A DNA stretch of 64,000 nucleotides from Flavobacterium sp. (GTDB taxonomy: Bacteria; Bacteroidota; Bacteroidia; Flavobacteriales; Flavobacteriaceae), in NCBI GenBank assembly GCA_044361155.1, contig JBIKJF010000011.1, forward strand, positions 69 to 64,068, given 5' to 3'. This document shows positions 60,743-64,000 of the stretch, piece by piece; positions within the stretch are counted from its first letter, which is position 1; every line of letters begins with the position of its first letter. The position numbers and the translations under genes were made by a program. The notes beneath the pieces are model-generated. The model had not been told where the DNA came from. It made no database searches and was given only the letters and a program-made list of their open reading frames with translations.

Positions 60743-62341
60743 TTATTTTCTATGCCTTTTATTTATAAGTTTTTGTCTAATATTTTCTATTTTATCAATC
60801 TCCTCAACTGTTAAACCAAGTGTTCCGTTAAGTATTTGATAGTTATATTTATTTAGAATATCTTTTATAGAAGTCTTATTTTTAAATTCTGAGATATATT
60901 CTTCAAAGTTATTGCAATTGGTATAAGGAATTGGTAGTACTCTCAATTCATTTGGTGTCAATTCTAAAACTCCACCTCCATAATATCTTCCTTCTAATTC
61001 TGCAAAAGCTAATGTTAGTGAATTATAAAAAGAAAAAATAAAATTATTTAATTCAAAGCCTTCTTTAATTTCAATTTTGTATGCGCTGTCAGTAACAAGA
61101 ACATCTGCATCATTTCTTAAAAGTTTAGGATATTCATGTGCTCTCTTAAAAAAGAAAGCTTCAGGAATTGTAGCTATGTTTGGCACCTTGTACCATCTTT
61201 CCCTTTGTTTGCATTTGAACCTTGAAGGTAATTCCAATTGATTACCAATATTAAAATATTCGTTCATTTCAGGAGTAATTTCATTATCAATTAAAGAATT
61301 GAAATCAAGCAAATATGTTGGTTTACGCTCTTCAACTAATGTATCAAAATCTTTTTTATTGAATGTAACCGAACCGTTTACGAAGAATCCTTTTTGAACA
61401 ATTGGTTTAGCAAAATTTTGAAAATTATATGCTTGAACAACATCATTATTTACTATGAAATAATTGTTGGCAGCAGTAACTATTCCCGCTTTATTATTAA
61501 TGAAATGTGTAACATTTTGTATGCGCAGTTTTAAGTTTTCTAGAAACTCATATTCTTCGGGTGTTATAAAATGATGTGACCACTTCCTGTCTGAATTAGC
61601 AAGTGCGGTATTTTCATAAAACTCATAATTATCATTTTCTAAATCGTCTAATGCATTAATATTAGTATAGAATGTTCCTTGATTTTCATGTGCTTTATAT
61701 CCAATTAATAAAACCGTATCTTGTCCTTTACATTCCTGGAATTGAAGTTCATTAAAAGTAAAAATTTCTATTCTTTGAAATTCATTTATTAATAACGATC
61801 TTATTTCTTCAGTAAATTTGACTTGCAATAATTCTAATGGTAATATCATCGCCAAAATACCATTATCTTGTAGTTTAGTAATTCCGCTTATTAAAAAAGA
61901 TGTCCAAATATTATTAATACTTCTATCTGATAAATATTTTTCAGAATGAATCCTTTTTGCTAACTCTTTCTGCTCCTCTGACAAATGATTTTTTTTAACA
62001 TAAGGAGGATTTCCGATAATAAGTGAGTAGCGATTTTGGTCGTTGAAATGGAAATTTAAGTAATCTAAATTATTTGGAATTAAATTAATTTTTTGATTTA
62101 TTTCAAGATCAATTACTTTTTGTAATTCGTCATTTTCTTTTTCTACAACTGTATTGTTAATCGTTTCAAATCTTTCAAGTTCTTGACTTTTTGATATTGC
62201 ATTGATAAAAGCACCATCCCCAACACTTGGTTCAAGTATAGATATAGTTTGTTGATTGTCTATCTTGGATAAACAATAATCTGCCACAAAATCTGCTAAT
62301 CTTGTAGGTGTATAATAAGAACCTAACTTTTTTTTATTCAT
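60743..62341 (-). CDS. Gamma-class N6-adenine DNA methyltransferase (Eco57I/TaqI-like)
   Basis: LGSYYTP, motif I ILEPSVGDGAF, motif IV IIGNPPYV, C-terminal AELEGRYYGGGVLELTPNE. Confidence 0.92.
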   Translation of the reverse strand: MNKKKLGSYYTPTRLADFVADYCLSKIDNQQTISILEPSVGDGAFINAISKSQELERFETINNTVVEKENDELQKVIDLEINQKINLIPNNLDYLNFHFNDQNRYSLIIGNPPYVKKNHLSEEQKELAKRIHSEKYLSDRSINNIWTSFLISGITKLQDNGILAMILPLELLQVKFTEEIRSLLINEFQRIEIFTFNELQFQECKGQDTVLLIGYKAHENQGTFYTNINALDDLENDNYEFYENTALANSDRKWSHHFITPEEYEFLENLKLRIQNVTHFINNKAGIVTAANNYFIVNNDVVQAYNFQNFAKPIVQKGFFVNGSVTFNKKDFDTLVEERKPTYLLDFNSLIDNEITPEMNEYFNIGNQLELPSRFKCKQRERWYKVPNIATIPEAFFFKRAHEYPKLLRNDADVLVTDSAYKIEIKEGFELNNFIFSFYNSLTLAFAELEGRYYGGGVLELTPNELRVLPIPYTNCNNFEEYISEFKNKTSIKDILNKYNYQILNGTLGLTVEEIDKIENIRQKLINKRHRK

Positions 62342-62967
62342 TATCTTCTAATTTCTTTCAACTTATAAGGTCTTATTTTTTTTCTTTTTTCGGTTATATC
62401 ACTTAACTTTGAGAAAGCATCAATTAGATTTAATATAGATTGCTTATCTGCTAAAATTAAATCCAGTTTACCTAATTTTTCAAGGTCTTTTCTAACCGCT
62501 AAAGCTCTTTCATTTAATAATTGTTCCCTTCTTTCATATATAAGTTGTGCTCTATTTAAAAATAATCGTTGAGTAATATAACTGCTACTTATATAATTAC
62601 CTGCAAGTTTGTATGTTTTTGTATCTAGCGTAAATAATGTTGAATAGTCATATATTGATGGATCTGGATAGCAACATATATTTAAACTATATGCATCATT
62701 TGGCCAATCATCACTTTTAAATCTATTGCAAATAGGACATGCATAGAATAAATTTAAAATATTATTTTCTAAATGCTGAAATCGCGCAAACGACTTTGGT
62801 TTATAATGTTCAATATGGTAGTGGTCAATACCACCAAATTGTGTTTCATTTATCGAACAATAAACGCATTGATAAAAACATTCCTCTGCAATCTGCTCTT
62901 TCCAGTCAGAATAAATACCAGTTGTAGGTTGTTTGGCAGGATTTTTAATTATTAATTTCCAATTCAA
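62341..62967 (-). CDS. Zn-finger HNH endonuclease
   Basis: QCVYC, HIEHYKPKS, NLFYACPICNRFKS. Confidence 0.9.
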   Translation of the reverse strand: MNWKLIIKNPAKQPTTGIYSDWKEQIAEECFYQCVYCSINETQFGGIDHYHIEHYKPKSFARFQHLENNILNLFYACPICNRFKSDDWPNDAYSLNICCYPDPSIYDYSTLFTLDTKTYKLAGNYISSSYITQRLFLNRAQLIYERREQLLNERALAVRKDLEKLGKLDLILADKQSILNLIDAFSKLSDITEKRKKIRPYKLKEIRR

Positions 62968-63680
62968 TTTTGATTCAATTTTGATTGTAATTCAGTTTTA
63001 AGTTTTTCTAATTCCAATATTGTATTTTCATATTGGTCTAGCCATTCTTGCCTATCATTAAGTGTAGTGTCTAGCGGTAAATGCAATTTAGTTTGTAATG
63101 CTAACAAGCTATCATATTCATCTTGACTGTATTCACCAGACGCTACTTTTTCAGATAGTTTTTGAAACTCTTGTAATTCAATTTTATTCTCATCCAAATA
63201 CCTCTGTGTAGCTCTAATGATTCTATTAACATATTTATCTCCTTCATTTATGAATTCTTGTCTTTCTATTATATCTTCAAATTCACTGAATTTTGCAGTC
63301 AATTCATCGTCACCTTTATTAGATGTTATTACATAAATTGGAATGTCTTTAAAACGTTCACGAATTACTGAAACCAATTGGTCTCCTCTATAATTAACGG
63401 GTCCAATTCCCTTTTCAGTTTCATTATTCATCCTCTCGTCAAAAATCAAACATACAATGTTTTCATCTTTTATCCATTGGAAATATTCCTGAAATGTTTC
63501 AGTAACAAATGGGAAAATATCAATTATTTCAAAAGTTGAATCATTATTTTCTAAATAAGCTCCAAGAGAAAGTCTTAAGGTTTCTCTTTGGTCAAAATTA
63601 TCATCAATAATTCCAATTTTGTATATTTTGACAGTTTCTAGATTTTCAGTACCCTCGTTTTTAATATCAATTTTACTCAT
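62964..63680 (-). CDS. Response-regulator receiver protein with helical tail (no HTH)
   Basis: IGIIDD (D26-D27), LIFDERM (D81), IYVITS (T119/S120); R140 at the usual Lys position. Confidence 0.75.
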   Translation of the reverse strand: MSKIDIKNEGTENLETVKIYKIGIIDDNFDQRETLRLSLGAYLENNDSTFEIIDIFPFVTETFQEYFQWIKDENIVCLIFDERMNNETEKGIGPVNYRGDQLVSVIRERFKDIPIYVITSNKGDDELTAKFSEFEDIIERQEFINEGDKYVNRIIRATQRYLDENKIELQEFQKLSEKVASGEYSQDEYDSLLALQTKLHLPLDTTLNDRQEWLDQYENTILELEKLKTELQSKLNQN

Positions 63681-63683
63681 AAT

Positions 63684-64000
63684 TTATTTCTTTTCTAGTG
63701 GTAACCAAACTTTAAATCGTGCTCCTTTTAAAGTAGGATCAATATCAAAAGACACTTTTCCCTTTAAATCCCTTACAATTGAACTAACAACAGTCAACCC
63801 TAGTCCAGTTCCAATACTATTACTACCTTGTGTAGGATTTATTTTTGTAGAAAACAAAGGTTCAAAAACACGATGACTAAATTCCTTTGATACACCTGGA
63901 CCAGAATCTGATACAATTATTGAATACCCTTGTAATTCTGTTTTTTTATTGATTTTAGCATCTTCTCTTGTGAGCGAAACAATAATTTTTCTTTCGCCTC
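63684..64000 (-). CDS. Histidine kinase / HATPase_c, C-terminal part (runs off window end)
   Basis: Manual translation ...IIVSDSGPGVSKEFSHRVFEPLFSTK...GTGLGLTVVSSIVRDLKGKV...GARFKVWLPLEKK*, giving the G1, F and G2 boxes. Confidence 0.9.
   Translation of the reverse strand, partial: GERKIIVSLTREDAKINKKTELQGYSIIVSDSGPGVSKEFSHRVFEPLFSTKINPTQGSNSIGTGLGLTVVSSIVRDLKGKVSFDIDPTLKGARFKVWLPLEKK

Larger units (their letters stand above)
56593..64000. mobile_element. tRNA-integrated genomic island / satellite-like element (left end; continues beyond window)
   Basis: att fragment, AGTACCCCT direct repeats, Xis-like gene, lysis-like module, R-M-like cargo; no integrase inside the window. Confidence 0.75.

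Noticed and set aside
62341-62967. Septu or retron (PtuB-like HNH) system
   Set aside because: No PtuA-type ABC ATPase or reverse transcriptase in the window; neighbours are a receiver and an MTase

Overview
AT-rich Bacteroidota chromosome, very likely Flavobacterium (TAnnTTTG promoters, T9SS genes, genus-typical REP-like repeats). Bases 1-44.4 kb are mostly core genome: class III aminotransferase, OstA-like protein, GH13, purA, fur, rel, TrmH, a surface-glycan locus (13-22 kb), ftsE-like/TPR/outer-membrane barrel, asnB, gyrB, mdh, and a SprF plus giant T9SS adhesin pair. Bases 44.5-64 kb are accessory. (i) A decaying defence islet has gene scars, an orphan HipB-like antitoxin, and a phage-type Dam methylase facing a PLD-DpnI-winged-helix nuclease. 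(ii) An AraC-linked sugar locus encodes PhyH dioxygenase, TIM barrel, MFS, GH92 and GH127 but no SusCD. (iii) A triple structured repeat sits just before an 18-bp tRNA-Ser-like 3' end (att site) at 56593. (iv) An integrated element runs from that att past the window end. It carries a Xis-like gene, a minimal phage-like module (252-aa unknown protein, DUF5675 peptidoglycan enzyme, two holin-like proteins), a half-HsdS-like protein, about 1.15 kb of non-coding strand-biased long hairpins, and a translationally coupled histidine kinase-receiver-HNH-adenine MTase operon. The element in (iv) is the best candidate for an undescribed system. All family calls come from motif recognition by eye; no database searches were run.
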